Of a stretch of 64,000 bases of DNA, positions 39,031 through 52,145 are shown in pieces. Made by a program: the position numbers and the translations under genes. Each line of letters opens with the position of its first letter. Positions within the stretch are counted from its first letter, which is position 1. Source of the DNA: Macrostomum lignano (taxonomy: Eukaryota). The stretch is taken from the NCBI GenBank assembly GCA_002269645.1, contig NIVC01000768.1, forward strand, positions 141,966-205,965, written 5' to 3'. The notes under the pieces are model-generated. The model saw nothing but the letters and a program-made list of their open reading frames with translations. It was not told the DNA's origin and did no database searches.

Positions 39031-42000
39031 ATGCTTCGATTCTCACGCTTAGCCTCATCGGCCGCCCGTCATCAGCGCGCTGCACTTTATAGCAGCCGCC
39101 AGTTTCATTCGCGCTTCATCGCAGCCTCAACCAGTGGGAGCGGCGGCGGTAACGGCGGCGACAACGCCGGAGATTCTGCCGGTCGTTTCTACGGCATCGG
39201 AGCGGCCGCCGCTGCCGTGGCTGCTCTGGCCGCTGCCGCTCTGAGCAGCCCCAATGCCGACAGCAGATTCCCGACTGCTCAAGTGGCTACAGCTACCACT
39301 TCAGCGACAGGTTCCACGCATGTCACCTACGAACAGCAGCTCAAACAGAAACACAGCCAGCGTCGGATTGTCACGCCTATCGATAGATTCGATAATGGCG
39401 GCGAGATCAAACGAACCGATGGATTAACAGCGGCCGATGCCGGCGATAGTCGATCGTTGCAAAAGAGCGCCCTAACCAGATCGGCGCCTGCCGCTCTGCC
39501 GCTGGCAGCTGGCGGCGCCGCTACTGGCAAGTCTACGGCGCAGAGAACTGTTGCCGAGCAACAGGCGACTTTGCCGGCACCAGCAGCGCCAGCGGATAGT
39601 CCCGGGTCCGTTGTGACAATGTCCGACCGTACCGGCTTGCCTAGCAGGGTGCCCTACTTAATTATTGGCAGCGGATTTGCCGGCATGGCGGCTGCTAGAG
39701 CTATCCGGGCTAGCGATCCGCTTTCTAAGGTGCGGTATGCGCGTGCTTCATAAGTGTATGCAGTTAGAATGCTGCCCTCTGAGTGTACTCTGAATTAACT
39801 CTGTAATACGAGCTATCTTAAAGTTGCCCTTAAAGCTCTTTTAATCGTTCTCAGAACTCCCCATCCCGAGACCTTCCGTCAGGATTCCCCATCACGAGAC
39901 CTTCTCTCAGAATTCCCCATCCCGAGACCTTCTCTCAGAATTCCCTATCCCGAGACCTTCTCTCAGAATTCCCTATCCCGAGACCTTCTCTCAGAATTCC
40001 CCATCCCGAGACCTTCCCTCAGGAGTCCCCATCCCGAGACCTTCTCTCATAATTCCCCATCCCGAGACCTTCCCTCAGAAGTCCCCATCCCGAGACCTTC
40101 TCTCAGAATTCCCCATCCCGAGACCTTCCCTCAGAAGTCCCCATCCCGAGACCTTCTCTCAGAATTCCCCATCCCGAGACCTCTCAGAATTCCCTATCCC
40201 GAGACCTTCTCTCAGCACTACCCATCCCGAGACCTTCTCTCAGAATTCCCCATCCCGAGACCTTCTCTCAGAAGTCCCCATCCCGAGACCTTCTCTCAGA
40301 ATTCCCCATCCCGAGACCGAGACCTTCTCTCAGAATTCCCCATCCCGAGACCTTCTCTCAGAAGTCCCCATCCCGAGACCTTCTCTCAGAATTCCCCATC
40401 CCGAGACCGAGACCTTCTCTCAGAATTCCCCATCCCGAGACCTTCTCTCAGAAGTCCCCATCCCGAGACCTTCTCTCAGAATTCCCCATCCCGAGACCGA
40501 GACCTTCTCTCAGAATTCCCCATCCCGAGACCTTCCCTCAGAAGTCCCCATCCCGAGACCTTCTCTCAGAATTCCCCATCCCGAGACCTCTCAGAATTCC
40601 CCATCCCGAGACCTTCTCTCAGCACTCCCCATCCCGAGACCTTCTCTCAGAATTCCCCATCCCGAGACCTCTCAGAATTCCCTATCCCGAGACCTTCTCT
40701 CAGCACTCCCTATCCCGAGACCTTCTCTCAGAATTCCCCATCCCGAGACCTTCTCTCAGAATTCCCCATCCCGAGACCTTCCCTCAAAGTCCCCATCCCG
40801 AGACCTCTCAGAATTCCCCGTCTCCCAGAAGCTTGTCTCATACCATTAAATATTACTCTAACAATCATTCCCTAAAACAACAGGTGCTAATGATTGGCGA
40901 CGAGCCCTACCCGCCGTACCTTCGCCCGCCGCTGTCCAAAGAGCTGTGGCGTCGCAAAGATGACCGAGTGAAAGCCATGCTGTCTCCGCTAGGCGATATG
41001 CGGCGCAATTCTTGGCTATTTGTCGAGCCGGATTCGTTTTTCATCGAGCCGCGCCGGCTTCATTTGGCGGACACCGGCGGCGTTAGCCTGTGGAAAGGTC
41101 GCCGAGTCATCGCCTTGGACATCGCCGATAAGCGAGTCACGTTGGATAGCGGCGATCGAATCGAATACGGCAAATGTCTGCTGGCCACCGGCGGCCGGCC
41201 CCGCACCCTGCCCGTGTTCGACGCCGCCGCCGCCCAGTCGCCCGAGGTGGCCGCCAGGACTGCCTACTTTCGCAATATCGACGATTTTCAATCGTTGCGC
41301 AACAAAGCTAATCAAGCGAAATCTGTCATTGTAATTGGCGGCGGCTTTCTCGGCTGTGAGCTAGCTGTTAGCTTGACAGAGGTGGCTAAGAAAACCGGCT
41401 TGGAGGTGAGTAGTTTGCTGTCAGTGTAGCTGCATTCAGCATTCGCTAACCCCCCTCCCCTGCTTAAACCTATCATCTCGGTCCGCTTACGCTTAATTGG
41501 TCTAGCCGCTAACCCCCCTCCCCCGCTTACTTGAACTGGCCGCCGCTAACCCCCCCCGCTTAATTGATCTAGCCGACGCTAAACCCCCCCCCGCTTAATT
41601 GATCTAGCCGACGCTAAACCCCCCCGCTTAATTGATCTAGCCGACGCTAAGCCCCCCGCTTAATTGATCTGTCCGCTGCAACCCCCCCCCCCCCCCCCGC
41701 TTAATTGATCTGTCCGCTGCAACCCCCCCCCGCTTAATTGATCTGTCCGCTGCAACCCCCCCCCGCTTAATTGATCTGTCCGCTGCAACCCCCCCCGCTT
41801 AATTGATCTGTCCGCTGCAACCCCCCGCCCCGCTTAATTGATCTAGCCGACGCTAAACCCCCCCCCCGCTTAATTGATCTAGCCGACGCTAAACCCCCCG
41901 CTTAATTGATCTGTCCGCTGCAACCCCCGCCCCGCTTAATTGATCTAGCCGACGCTAAACCCCCCCCCGCTTAATTGATCTGTCCGCTGCAACCCTCCCC

Positions 42001-43243
42001 CCGCTTAATTGATCTAGCCGACGCTAAACCCCCGCTTAATTGATCTGTCCGCTGCAACCCCCCCCCGCTTAATTGATCTGGCCGCTGCAACCCCCCCCCG
42101 CTTAATTGATCTGTCCGCTGCAACCCCCCCCCCCGCTAAATTGATCTGGCCGCCGCAAACCCCCTCCCGCTAAATTAAACTGGCCGCCGCTATCCTACAG
42201 CGACATAGCTCCTCCCAGTGCTTCACAATCTCCAATACAGTATTTTTCACAGAACTCCACCAACCAATCAATCGCAGGTGCACCAAGTGTTCAAAGAGTC
42301 CGGCACCTTGGCTCACGTTTTGCCGCCTCACCTATCCGAGCACACGTCAAAATTCATCGCCCAGAGCGGCGTGGCCCAGTACCCCGGCGAGCGGGTGACC
42401 TCGGTAGACTGGGACTCGGCCGCCGGTCAAGTGAAGGTCGGCCTGAGCTCCGGCCGCAGCCTCTCAGCCGACCTATGCCTGGTTGCCGTTGGCATCGAGG
42501 CCAACACTCAGCTAGCTGAATCGGCCGGATTAGAAATCGATCCAGGCGACGGCGGCTTCCTAGTGAACGCCGAACTGGAAGCTCGAGCCGATCTGTACGC
42601 GGCTGGGGACGCCTGCTCCTACTACGACGTGCTGCTTGGCAGGCGTCGAGTTGAGCACGTCAACCACGCTGAGGAGAGCGGCGCCGTTGCCGGCCGGAAC
42701 ATGGCGTCCGACCCGGCTGATCCGGGCAGGAAACGGTCCACCTACCAGCACCAGAGCTCGTTCTGGTGCAACCTGGCCAACACACTGGCCTGGGACGCTG
42801 TGGGATTAGTTGACTCCCGCCTAGAGACTCAATCATTCTTTGCTATGCCTCCGCCAGCATCCGATGATGGAGCAGCCGGCAGCGACACCGCGGAGGACTA
42901 TCAGTATCCGGGAGTGGTTTTCTACCTGAAAGCCGGTCGGGTTGTTGGCATCCTGCTGTGGAATTTGCCAGACGAAATCTTTCAAGATAAGAAAGCGTTC
43001 GCTCCGTCGAGGCTCAATCTGGCCAGGAAGGTGCTGGCGGAGAGGCAGCTGGCGGATCCAGCGGCGCTGCAGGCTCTGGCTAGAGAGTTCGACGTCTACC
43101 AGACTGTCGACGACGACTATCAGGATTTGAAGAAGTACATGGAGACCAAGGAGAGACAGCAGCAGCAGGCGGAGGCATCGGCGACTGCCAATTCGTCGGG
43201 TCCTGCCGCAACCGGTGTTGCATCAGCGCCAGTGCCCGCCTGA
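39031..43243 (+). CDS. AIFM1: apoptosis-inducing factor 1, mitochondrial flavoprotein; exons 39031-39729, 40884-41405, 42278-43243
   Basis: Arg/Ser-rich presequence and a hydrophobic segment, then VPYLIIGSG, PYLRPPLSKELW, YGKCLLATGG, IVIGGGFLGCELA, YAAGDACSYYDVLLGRRRVEH, SFW and GVVFYLK..VVGILLWN. Junctions are phase 0. Confidence 0.95.
39858..40820. repeat. 28-nt array in AIF intron 1
   Basis: Unit GAATTCCCCATCCCGAGACCTTCTCTCA. Confidence 0.97.
41445..42190. repeat. ~35-nt array with variable poly-C in AIF intron 2
   Basis: Two interleaved variants: CGCTTAATTGATCTGTCCGCTGCAA(C)n and CGCTTAATTGATCTAGCCGACGCTAAA(C)n. Confidence 0.95.
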
Positions 43244-43789
43244 GATTGTTTCGCCTATTAGCATAAAAAATATGTCATCTTCTGTGTCCGCTAGTACTAA
43301 TAGTAGCGTGCTAGTTTGTTTTCTAGTTGGGAACAAAATAGAAGCTAGTGGAAATTGGGCTGTTATACGAGAGACTTCGTATTGTAAGAAATAGACTACG
43401 CAAACTTCGCCCCTAGTTTTGTTATTCTCTCCCGTTTTTATAGCTGTCAAATTTATCACATTGCTGTCTCTATGCATTCATTCATTAGCGAAAAATCTAG
43501 CGATTTAATAATGCGTTTAAAGCAGAAAAACCTACACGCGGCTTTGTGCCTAACGGTCGCAGAATCTACCGTTCAGCTTACCAACTATAGAATTGCTGTC
43601 TATTTTCCAGAGTTCCCAGCTCTTGTTTCATACATTGTTTTTGGTTAATCTGCTATGTCTTCTGCAAAACTAATGATGCGATTAATTGGAACTGCGCCTT
43701 CAAGTCGCTTATTTTCGTTCGGGCTTGCTCAGAGACACTTTGATTCACCCTTGTGGGATCTCCCTCATCATCTCCATCAGTCATGAGAA

Positions 43790-44370
43790 TCTGCCTCTCC
43801 GCTCCATCAGTCCCTGAGAATCTGCCTCTCCGCTCCATCAGTCCCTGAGAATCGGCCTCTCTGCTCCCCCCCGTCCCTGAGAATCTGCCTCTCCGCTCCA
43901 TCAGTCCCTGAGAATCGGCCTCTCTGCTCCCCCCCGTCCCTGAGAATCTGCCTCTCCGCTCCCTCAGTCCCTGAGAATCTTCCTCTCCGCTCCATCAGTC
44001 CCTGAGCATCTGCCTCTCCGCTCCATCAGTCCCTGACAATCTGCCTCTCCGCTCCCTCAGTCCCTGAGAATCTTCCTCTCCGCTCCATCAGTCCCTGAGC
44101 ATCTGCCTCTCCGCTCCATCAGTCCCTGAGCATCTGCCTCTCCGCTCCATCAGTCCCTGAGAATCTGCCTCTCCGCTCCATCAGTCCCTGAGAATCTGCC
44201 TCTCCGCTTTATCAGTCCCTGAGAATCTGCCTCTCCGCTCCATCAGTCCCTGAGAATCTGCCTCTCCGCTCCATCAGTCCCTGAGCATCTGCCTCTCCGC
44301 TCCATCAGTCCCTGAGCATCTGCCTCTCCGCTCCATCAGTCCCTGAGCATCTGCCTCTCCGCTCCATCAG
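43790..44370. repeat. 31-nt array between AIF and CDK12/13
   Basis: Unit GTCCCTGAGAATCTGCCTCTCCGCTCCATCA. Confidence 0.97.
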
Positions 44371-44433
44371 TGCTTGAAACTGTTTTTCACGCCCATGCTG
44401 TGTGCTTATATTTCTTAATCCACAATATTTTAG

Positions 44434-47400
44434 ATGCAGGAAGATAAAAAGCTAAAGAAAAAGAAGAAGGAAAAGAAAAAGAAGGAAAAGAAAGAAAAAA
44501 AGGAGAAAAAGCAGAAGAAAGACAAGAAAGAGAAGAAAGCCAAACGGCTTCAGCGTCGCAGCCCAGAGTTGGTCGGCGGCAGCGACTCCGACAGTTCCGT
44601 CCCGGCGCCAAAAGCAAAGCGGCAAGCCCCGGCATCTTCCGCGACTCCGGCCATCGCAGCCGCCTCTGCCGATCGCAGCCAGCATCGGCACCGAACGACA
44701 TCCAGCCGGCATCTGAACGCCCCCGCGACTGCTCGCGACCGGTCCAGATCGCGGGACCGCGGCAGGCGCGACCGAGTCGAAGGCGGCAGCTCCAGCGGCA
44801 GCCGCGATCAGCAGCGGCCCAGCATCAGCGTCGGGCTCTGGTCGGAGATCTCCCGCAACACCGGCTGCGCTCTGCCACCGCCTCCGGAAGTGCCGAAGCA
44901 GCAAAAGCAACAGCAGCAACAGCAGCAGCAATCATCATCTTCTTCGTCAGCTGGCAGCGGAAGTTCAAAGCGGCCTGCAGCTTCTGTATCCAACGATCAA
45001 CAGCCGCCAGCTAGTAAGTTGGCGCGTCATCACCATGGCAACCAGGCTGGCAAAGAGCAACACCACTCGGAGGTCCGGCTAGAAGACATTAGCCTGCCAG
45101 CTGGCAAACCCGCCGCCGTAGCCTCTTCGGCCGCCGGCTCGGCTGTTGCCAAGGAGACGACGCAGCGTCGGTTATCGACAATGCCGAATTTGCCTATGCC
45201 GCCGGGCATGGAGCTGGCGACTGCGGGCAGCTCGGGCAGCAAGTCGAGACGGTCGCAGCAACAACAGCAGCAGCAGCGGCTATCAACCCTGCCTGACCTG
45301 CCTCTCCCAAGTGTGAAACTCGATCATCATCGACGAAGCCAAAGATCTTCCACTTCCAGTTCTTCTGTGCAGCAGCAGCAGCAGCAGCAGCAGCAGTTGC
45401 CGCAGCCGCAGCAGCTACAAGCTAATCAGCCTCAGCTAAACCCCTTGGCGGCCATCAATGGACCGGCCGCTTCCTTAAACTTCTCGGGTGCCTCAGCCTC
45501 CGGCGCGGCTGCCTTAACTGAGGAATTCGTCAAACCGAAGCTGTGCCAGCGACGTCAAAAGGATGCTAAAAATTTAGTAAGGCAAAATGATGATAGTGCT
45601 TGGTTTTACTGGAGTATTAATGTGTTTATAGATTAGTGATGATCACGGATTTGTAACTGTAGTGTAAGTTGTAGTAGTATGTTGTGATCGCCATTGCCGT
45701 CTTTAGTTGACGGAAGATTTTAGTAGTATCGTAGTAGTGCTAGTAGTATCGTAGTAGTGCTAGTAGTATCGTAGTAGTTCTAGTACGAGTAGTATCGTAG
45801 TAGTTCTAGTAGTATCGTAGTAGTTCTAGTAGTATCGTAGTAGTTCTAGTACGAGTAGTATCGTAGTAGTTCTAGTACGAGTAGTGTCGTAGTAGTTCTA
45901 GTAGTATCGTAGTAGTTCTAGTAGCATCGTAGTAGTTCTAGTACGAGTAGTATCGTAGTAGTTCTAGTAGTATCGTAGTAGTTCTAGTAGTATCGTTGTA
46001 GTTCTAGTAGCATCGTAGTATTTCTAGTACGAGTAGTATCGTAGTAGTTCTAGTAGTATCGTTGTAGTTCTAGTAGCATCGTAGTAGTTCTAGTACGAGT
46101 AGTATCGTAGTAGTTCTAGTACGAGTAGTAGTTCTAGTACGAGTAGTATGGTTGTAGTTCTAGTAGTATCGTAGTAATGGTAACAGTTAAAACATCCACC
46201 CTCCCGCCCAGGTATTCATGGACCGGACTCTGGCCAATTTTGAAATCTTGGCCCAAGTTGGCGAAGGCGCCTACGGCCAGGTGTACAAAGCGCGCGACAA
46301 AGACAACGGAGAACTGCGCGCGCTCAAGCGAGTCCGCTTGGAAAAAGAGAAAGAAGGCTTCCCAATCACGGCTGTTCGCGAGATTAAAATCCTCAAACAA
46401 CTGCACCATCCCAATATTGTCAATCTCAGCGAGATACTCGCTGACGAGGCGGCTTTCTACCTGGTGTTCGATTACATGGACCATGATCTGTTCGGCCTGC
46501 TGGAGTCCTCGGAGGCCGAGTTCACCGAGCGGCACATTGCCGGCATGATGAAGCAGCTGCTGGACGGATTGAATTATTGCCACGGCAAGCGGTTCCTTCA
46601 TCGCGACATCAAATGTTCCAACGTGTTAATTAATAATCAGGGCCAGATTAAGCTGGCGGATTTCGGATTAGCTCGCCTAGTAGCTGGCGAGGACCGGCCT
46701 TACACTAATCCGGTCATCACTCTGTGGTACAGGCCGCCTGAGCTGCTTCTGGGGGAGCTGCAGTATTCTACAGCTATTGACATTTGGTCTTGCGGCTGCA
46801 TATTGGGCGAGTTGTTCACGAGGAAGCCGCTGTTCCAGGCTAACAGGGAGCCGGAGCAGCTGGAGGCTATCAGTCAGGTGAGTCCTCTGTGGAACAGCAT
46901 ATATCTCAGGGCCACTGGAATATTTAAAAGTGAACAAAGTGTAACTCAGAACTCCTTGAGCGTTAGGGAAGAATTTTCATCGAGTTCCTAAATCAAGAAT
47001 TAGAAGTAGTAACGTTCTGACCACAGCGAGGAAGGGATTCTGCACTTTGCCGTCGAGTCGATAGTTGGCAGCGATTCGGAATGCGGTTGTTTTCTTGATT
47101 TGCAAGATTCTTGCAGCTCCTCCTGCGATGGATGACCCGTGTTCAATCGCATCAATCAGCCGCTGGCGATCTGCTACCGGAATTGGTGGCGCAATTGACG
47201 AGCAAACAGGGGAGGGAGGGACAGAGAGCTGTAAAATCTCAGTCCGATTCCCGTATTGAATGGCTTTCTCCCATATTGAATGTCCAAAGTTATAGTCTAT
47301 GGCCAAGCCTCCCTCAGTAGTAGACTTTGCTAAACTGCTAAAGTCCATGACTAGGGTGTGATCTGAGGCCTGGCTTGAATATCTATGGCATCCCATTTTG

Positions 47401-50057
47401 ATTGTCCAAACTCCCATTTAGATCGTCAAAAGTGATAATAGCTTTTTGCAGCCTATTGGGCCTACGTGCATTGAGTTTAATCCAAGATAGGTTTGCCAAT
47501 GTAATGGAGCGGTATTTAATTTGGTCCAAAAAGCATCGATTTGGTCCATAGTCCCAGAATAGTGGACCATATGCTAGGATGTAAAAGCTGTGCGAAATTA
47601 TGTTGTTTGGATCATCAGAACGAGAGATACAATCAAAAGTAACGCTACTTTTGGGTACAGCCCTCGTAGTTAGCAGTGCATGCAAACTGTCCTCGTTTCC
47701 AGCTGTGCGGCACCCCCTGTCCGGCCCTGTGGCCCAGCGTTGTCCGCCTGCGCGACTTCGCCGTATACAAGCCCCGCCGGCAGCATCGCCGACGCCTGCG
47801 CGAAGAGCTCGCCTTCTTGCCAGAACTGGCGCTCGACCTGCTGGACCAGATGCTGCAGCTGGACCCGGAGAAGCGCTGCTCCGCTCAACAGGCGCTTGAC
47901 GGACCCTGGCTGCGCGATGTTGACCCAGCTAAAGTGCCTCCGCCTAGCCTGCCCACTGATCAGGTTAGGGAATCCCAGATCTTTTAATATTCTCATATTT
48001 CAGTAGCCTCACAGATCCTTCAGTAGCCTCACAAATCATTTAGTAGCCTCACAGATCCTTCAGTAGCCTCACAGATCCTTCAGTAGCTTCACAGATCCTT
48101 CAGTAGCCTCACAGATCCTTCAGTAGCTTCACAGATCCTTCAGTAGCCTCATAGATCCTTTAGTAGCCTCACAGATCTTTCAGTAGCCTCACAGATCTTT
48201 CAGTAGCCTCACAGATCATTCAGTAGCCTTACAGATCCTTTAGTAGCCTCACAGATCTTTCAGTAGCCTCACAGATCTTTCAGTAGCCTCACAGATCATT
48301 CAGTAGCCTTACAGATCCTTTAGTAGCCTCACAGATCTTTCAGTAGCCTCACAGATCTTTCAGTAGCCTCACAGATCTTTCAGTAGCCTCACAGATCCTT
48401 CAGATGCCTCACAGATCTTTCAGTAGCCTCACAGATCTTTTAGTAGCCTCACAGATCCTTCAGTAGCCTTACAGATCTTTTAGTAGCCTCACAGATCCTT
48501 TAGTAGCCTTACAGATCCTTTAGTAGCCTTACAGATCCTTTAGTAGCCTCACAGATCCTTCAGATGCCTCACAGATCTTTCAGTAGCCTCACAGATCCTT
48601 CAGTAGCCTCACAGATCCTTCAGATGCCTCACAGATCTTTCAGTAGCCTCACAGATCCTTCAGATGCCTCACAGATCTTTCAGTAGCCTCACAGATCTTT
48701 TAGTAGCCTCACAGATCCTTCAGTAGCCTTACAGATCCTTCAGTAGCCTTACAGATCCTTCAGTAGCCTTACAGATCCTTTAGTAGCCTCACAGATCCTT
48801 TAGTAGCCTTACAGATCCTTTAGTAGCCTTACAGATCCTTTAGTAGCCTTACAGATCCTTTAGTAGCCTTACAGATCCTTTAGTAGCCTTACAGATCCTT
48901 TAGTAGCCTCACAGATCCTTCAGATGCCTCACAGATCTTTCAGTAGCCTCACAGATCCTTCAGTAGCTTCACAGATCCTTCAGTTGCCTCACAGATCCTT
49001 CAGTAGCCTCACAGATCCTTCAGTAGCCTTACAGATCCTTTAGTAGCCTCACAGATCCTTCAGTAGCTTCACAGATCCTTCAGTTGCCTCACAGATCCTT
49101 CAGTAGCCTCACAGATCCTTCAGTAGCCTCACAGATCCTTCAGAAGCTTCACAGATCCTTCAGTAGCTTCACAGATCCTTCAGAAGCTTCACAGATCCTT
49201 CAGTAGCTTCACAGATCTTCCAGTAGCCTCACAGATCTTTCAGTAGCCTCACAGATCTTCCAGTAGCCTCACAGATCTTTCAGTAGCCTCACAGATCTTT
49301 CAGTAGCCTTACAGATCCTTCAGTAGCCTTACAGATCCTTCAGTAGCCTTACAGATCCTTTAGTAGCCTCACAGATCCTTTAGTAGCCTTACAGATCCTT
49401 TAGTAGCCTTACAGATCCTTTAGTAGCCTTACAGATCCTTTAGTAGCCTTACAGATCCTTTAGTAGCCTTACAGATCCTTTAGTAGCCTCACAGATCCTT
49501 CAGATGCCTCACAGATCTTTCAGTAGCCTCACAGATCCTTCAGTAGCTTCACAGATCCTTCAGTTGCCTCACAGATCCTTCAGTAGCCTCACAGATCCTT
49601 CAGTAGCCTTACAGATCCTTTAGTAGCCTCACAGATCCTTCAGTAGCTTCACAGATCCTTCAGTTGCCTCACAGATCCTTCAGTAGCCTCACAGATCCTT
49701 CAGTAGCCTCACAGATCCTTCAGAAGCTTCACAGATCCTTCAGTAGCTTCACAGATCCTTCAGAAGCTTCACAGATCCTTCAGTAGCTTCACAGATCTTC
49801 CAGTAGCCTCACAGATCTTTCAGTAGCCTCACAGATCTTCCAGTAGCCTCACAGATCTTTCAGTAGCCTCACAGATCTTTCAGTAGCCTCACAGATCCTT
49901 CAGTAGCCTCACAGATCCTTCAGTAGCCTCACAGATCCTTCAGTCGCCTTACCTTTGACGTCAATATTAACTGTTACTGTGTGTACTTTTAACACAGGAC
50001 TGTCACGAGATGTGGAGCAAAAAGAAGCGAAAGCAACAGCAACAACAACAACAGCAA

Positions 50058-50100
<43 letters not shown>

Positions 50101-50579
50101 TTCCCGGTCGCCAAGGCCTGTCCCGCACATCCAGCGTAGTGGACCTGCAGGAGCGCGAGATGAAAAGAACAGCTGGTTATCATCATGGCCAGCATCAGCA
50201 GCATCAGCATCAGCAGCAACAGCATCAGCAGCAACAGCATCAACGGCAGCAGCAACAACAGCAGCCGCAGGCGGCTCCCCTACTCGAGACCAGAGACAGG
50301 CGCGCCGCGCCTCAGGAGCTGGCCGCCGATCTCAGCCGCCTGCTGGCCGCGGATCCCGCCCTGGTTGACCGGCTGGCCATGTGCAGCGGCAGCGAGCCCG
50401 GAGTCGGCGGCGCAGAGCTGGAGCCGCGCACCGCTCAAGCCCTTCGCGAACTGCGCGCTCAATTAGCCGCAGAATCTTCATCTACTTCGGCGTCCTCGTC
50501 CGAGCTTGTCCGAGAATTGCGAGCGGCTCTGGCCAGCCTGGCTAGCAAGGGTGAGGCCACCAGTAGCTATGCCAGCTAG
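44434..50579 (+). CDS. CDK12: cyclin-dependent kinase 12/13; exons 44434-45576, 46212-46877, 47703-47963, 49998-50579
   Basis: K-rich and RS-like N-terminus, [58 protein letters not shown] and Q|DCHEMWSKK (the CDK12/13 C-terminal extension). CDK12 and CDK13 cannot be distinguished. An extra upstream exon cannot be excluded. Confidence 0.93.
45721..46175. repeat. 20/26-nt TAG-rich array in CDK intron 1
   Basis: GTAGTATCGTAGTAGTTCTA(GTACGA). Confidence 0.95.
47030..47200 (-). mobile_element. Tc1/mariner-like helix-turn-helix fragment, antisense in CDK intron 2
   Basis: [42 protein letters not shown] resembles the N-terminal HTH of Tc1-type transposases. No catalytic domain is visible. Confidence 0.5.
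47999..49945. repeat. 20-nt array filling CDK intron 3
   Basis: CAGTAGCCTCACAGATCCTT, about 97 units, with a 580-nt higher-order duplication. Confidence 0.98.
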
Positions 50580-51231
50580 GCTTGTTGGGCCTTGTAGATT
50601 TCAAATGCTTTTTTAAGCCCGCCATTTTAGTTCCTAGCGGAGTAACAACAGATCGAGGCTAGAATCTATGCCTAATTGAATAGAATAGTCTCGTGGAGAT
50701 GCAGGGTTGTAGAGCCGCTTCTTTAGTATTGTTGCTCTTCGATAATAGCTTGGTTAATTTATTTAGTTTCTTGAACAATTGAAGCAACTTCTGCGAACTT
50801 TAATGCGTTCTTTTCTTACAAGACAGGTTAACGAATATGCCTAGGGAGCAGCTGCGTTTCTGACACATTTTCTTGTGCATCTCGTGTCCTTATCGTTTTG
50901 AACTTCAGCTCCAAAAATACATGGGAGTTAAGACTTGGTTCTTGCTTGTACTTTTTTTGCTGAAATCCGCAAGCTTAACTTGCTCGTCGCGCTGTTCATT
51001 TTGTAAGTTATTTATTTGAAACGTCTTGTCGGAATAGTTAAATATATATTGCAAAATAATATTAATTCTGTACTTGTAGTACGTTTAACTGTGCGTCTTA
51101 AAATACCGTGATTTCTGTGGAGTCACCCTGTAAACATATTGCTTTCTGATTTGTCTTTTTGGAACTTTTTTAACTTACTGCTTTATGAACAACATTGTGT
51201 GAACGTCATCGGAACTCAAATTTTGGCGCTG

Positions 51232-51625
51232 TAGCATTCGTACCCCTCTTGACACCCACCTCACTCCCAGTGTGTCCACAACCCCTGCTATGTAGCATTC
51301 CTACCCCTCCCGACACCCACCTCACTCCCAGTGTGTCCCGAACCCCTGCGTGTAGCATTCCTACCCCTTCCGACACCCACCTCACTCCCAGTGTGTCCCG
51401 AACCCCTGCGTGTAGCATTCCTACCCCTTCCGACACCCACCTCACTCCCAGTGTGTCCCGAACCCCTGCGTGTAGCATTCCTACCCCTCCCGACACCCAC
51501 CTCACTCCCAGTGTGTCTCTAACCCCTGCCTTGTAGCATTCCTACCCCTCCCGACACCCACCTCACTCCCAGTGTGTCCTCAACCCCTGTCATGTAGCAT
51601 TCCTACCCCGCCCGACACCCACCTC
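51232..51625. repeat. 60-nt array after the CDK stop
   Basis: GTAGCATTCCTACCCCTCCCGACACCCACCTCACTCCCAGTGTGT..., 6-7 copies. Confidence 0.96.
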
Positions 51626-52145
51626 TTGACAATAGCTGCAAGGCGATCCGAAGACTCAGCTCCCCATGTCCCCAACCTCGCCCTATAGTATTCCTGCCTT
51701 TATCAACACCCACCTCACTCTCAGTGTGTCCCAACTCCTGCCCCGTAGGCATATTTGCAGCAATAAAACCTTATTAGAAAATGTTGAAGTAAATGTTACA
51801 CATTTATTTACGTCCAATTTCACATTAGACAGTATTGGTTATCATCTTATATTACTAGGTTTATATTTAAGCCTGTCGATTTAAAGAAAAATTCAAATAA
51901 AAGAAGAAAGCTATACTGTATATTATTTTACAGTTTAAAAGCGGCCTTTTCTAAGTCTAGTTCGTTTCTTGGAAACTTGGCAAACTCCAGTTCCGTAGCA
52001 GACCCAGACAGTCTAAAAATATCTTAATGGGAAATCCTTCGAAAGTTAAGTGCGGTTTACATTAAGCTTGGATAGACAAACAGCATCCCATCCGCCACTT
52101 GAAGCTCTGGTCTGTCTAAACAAACCGGCGGGTTCTTGAATTAGT

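Noticed and set aside
45577-45660. C/D snoRNA in CDK intron 1 (ATGATGA and GTGATGA boxes)
   Set aside because: No downstream CTGA D box or terminal stem at a suitable distance.
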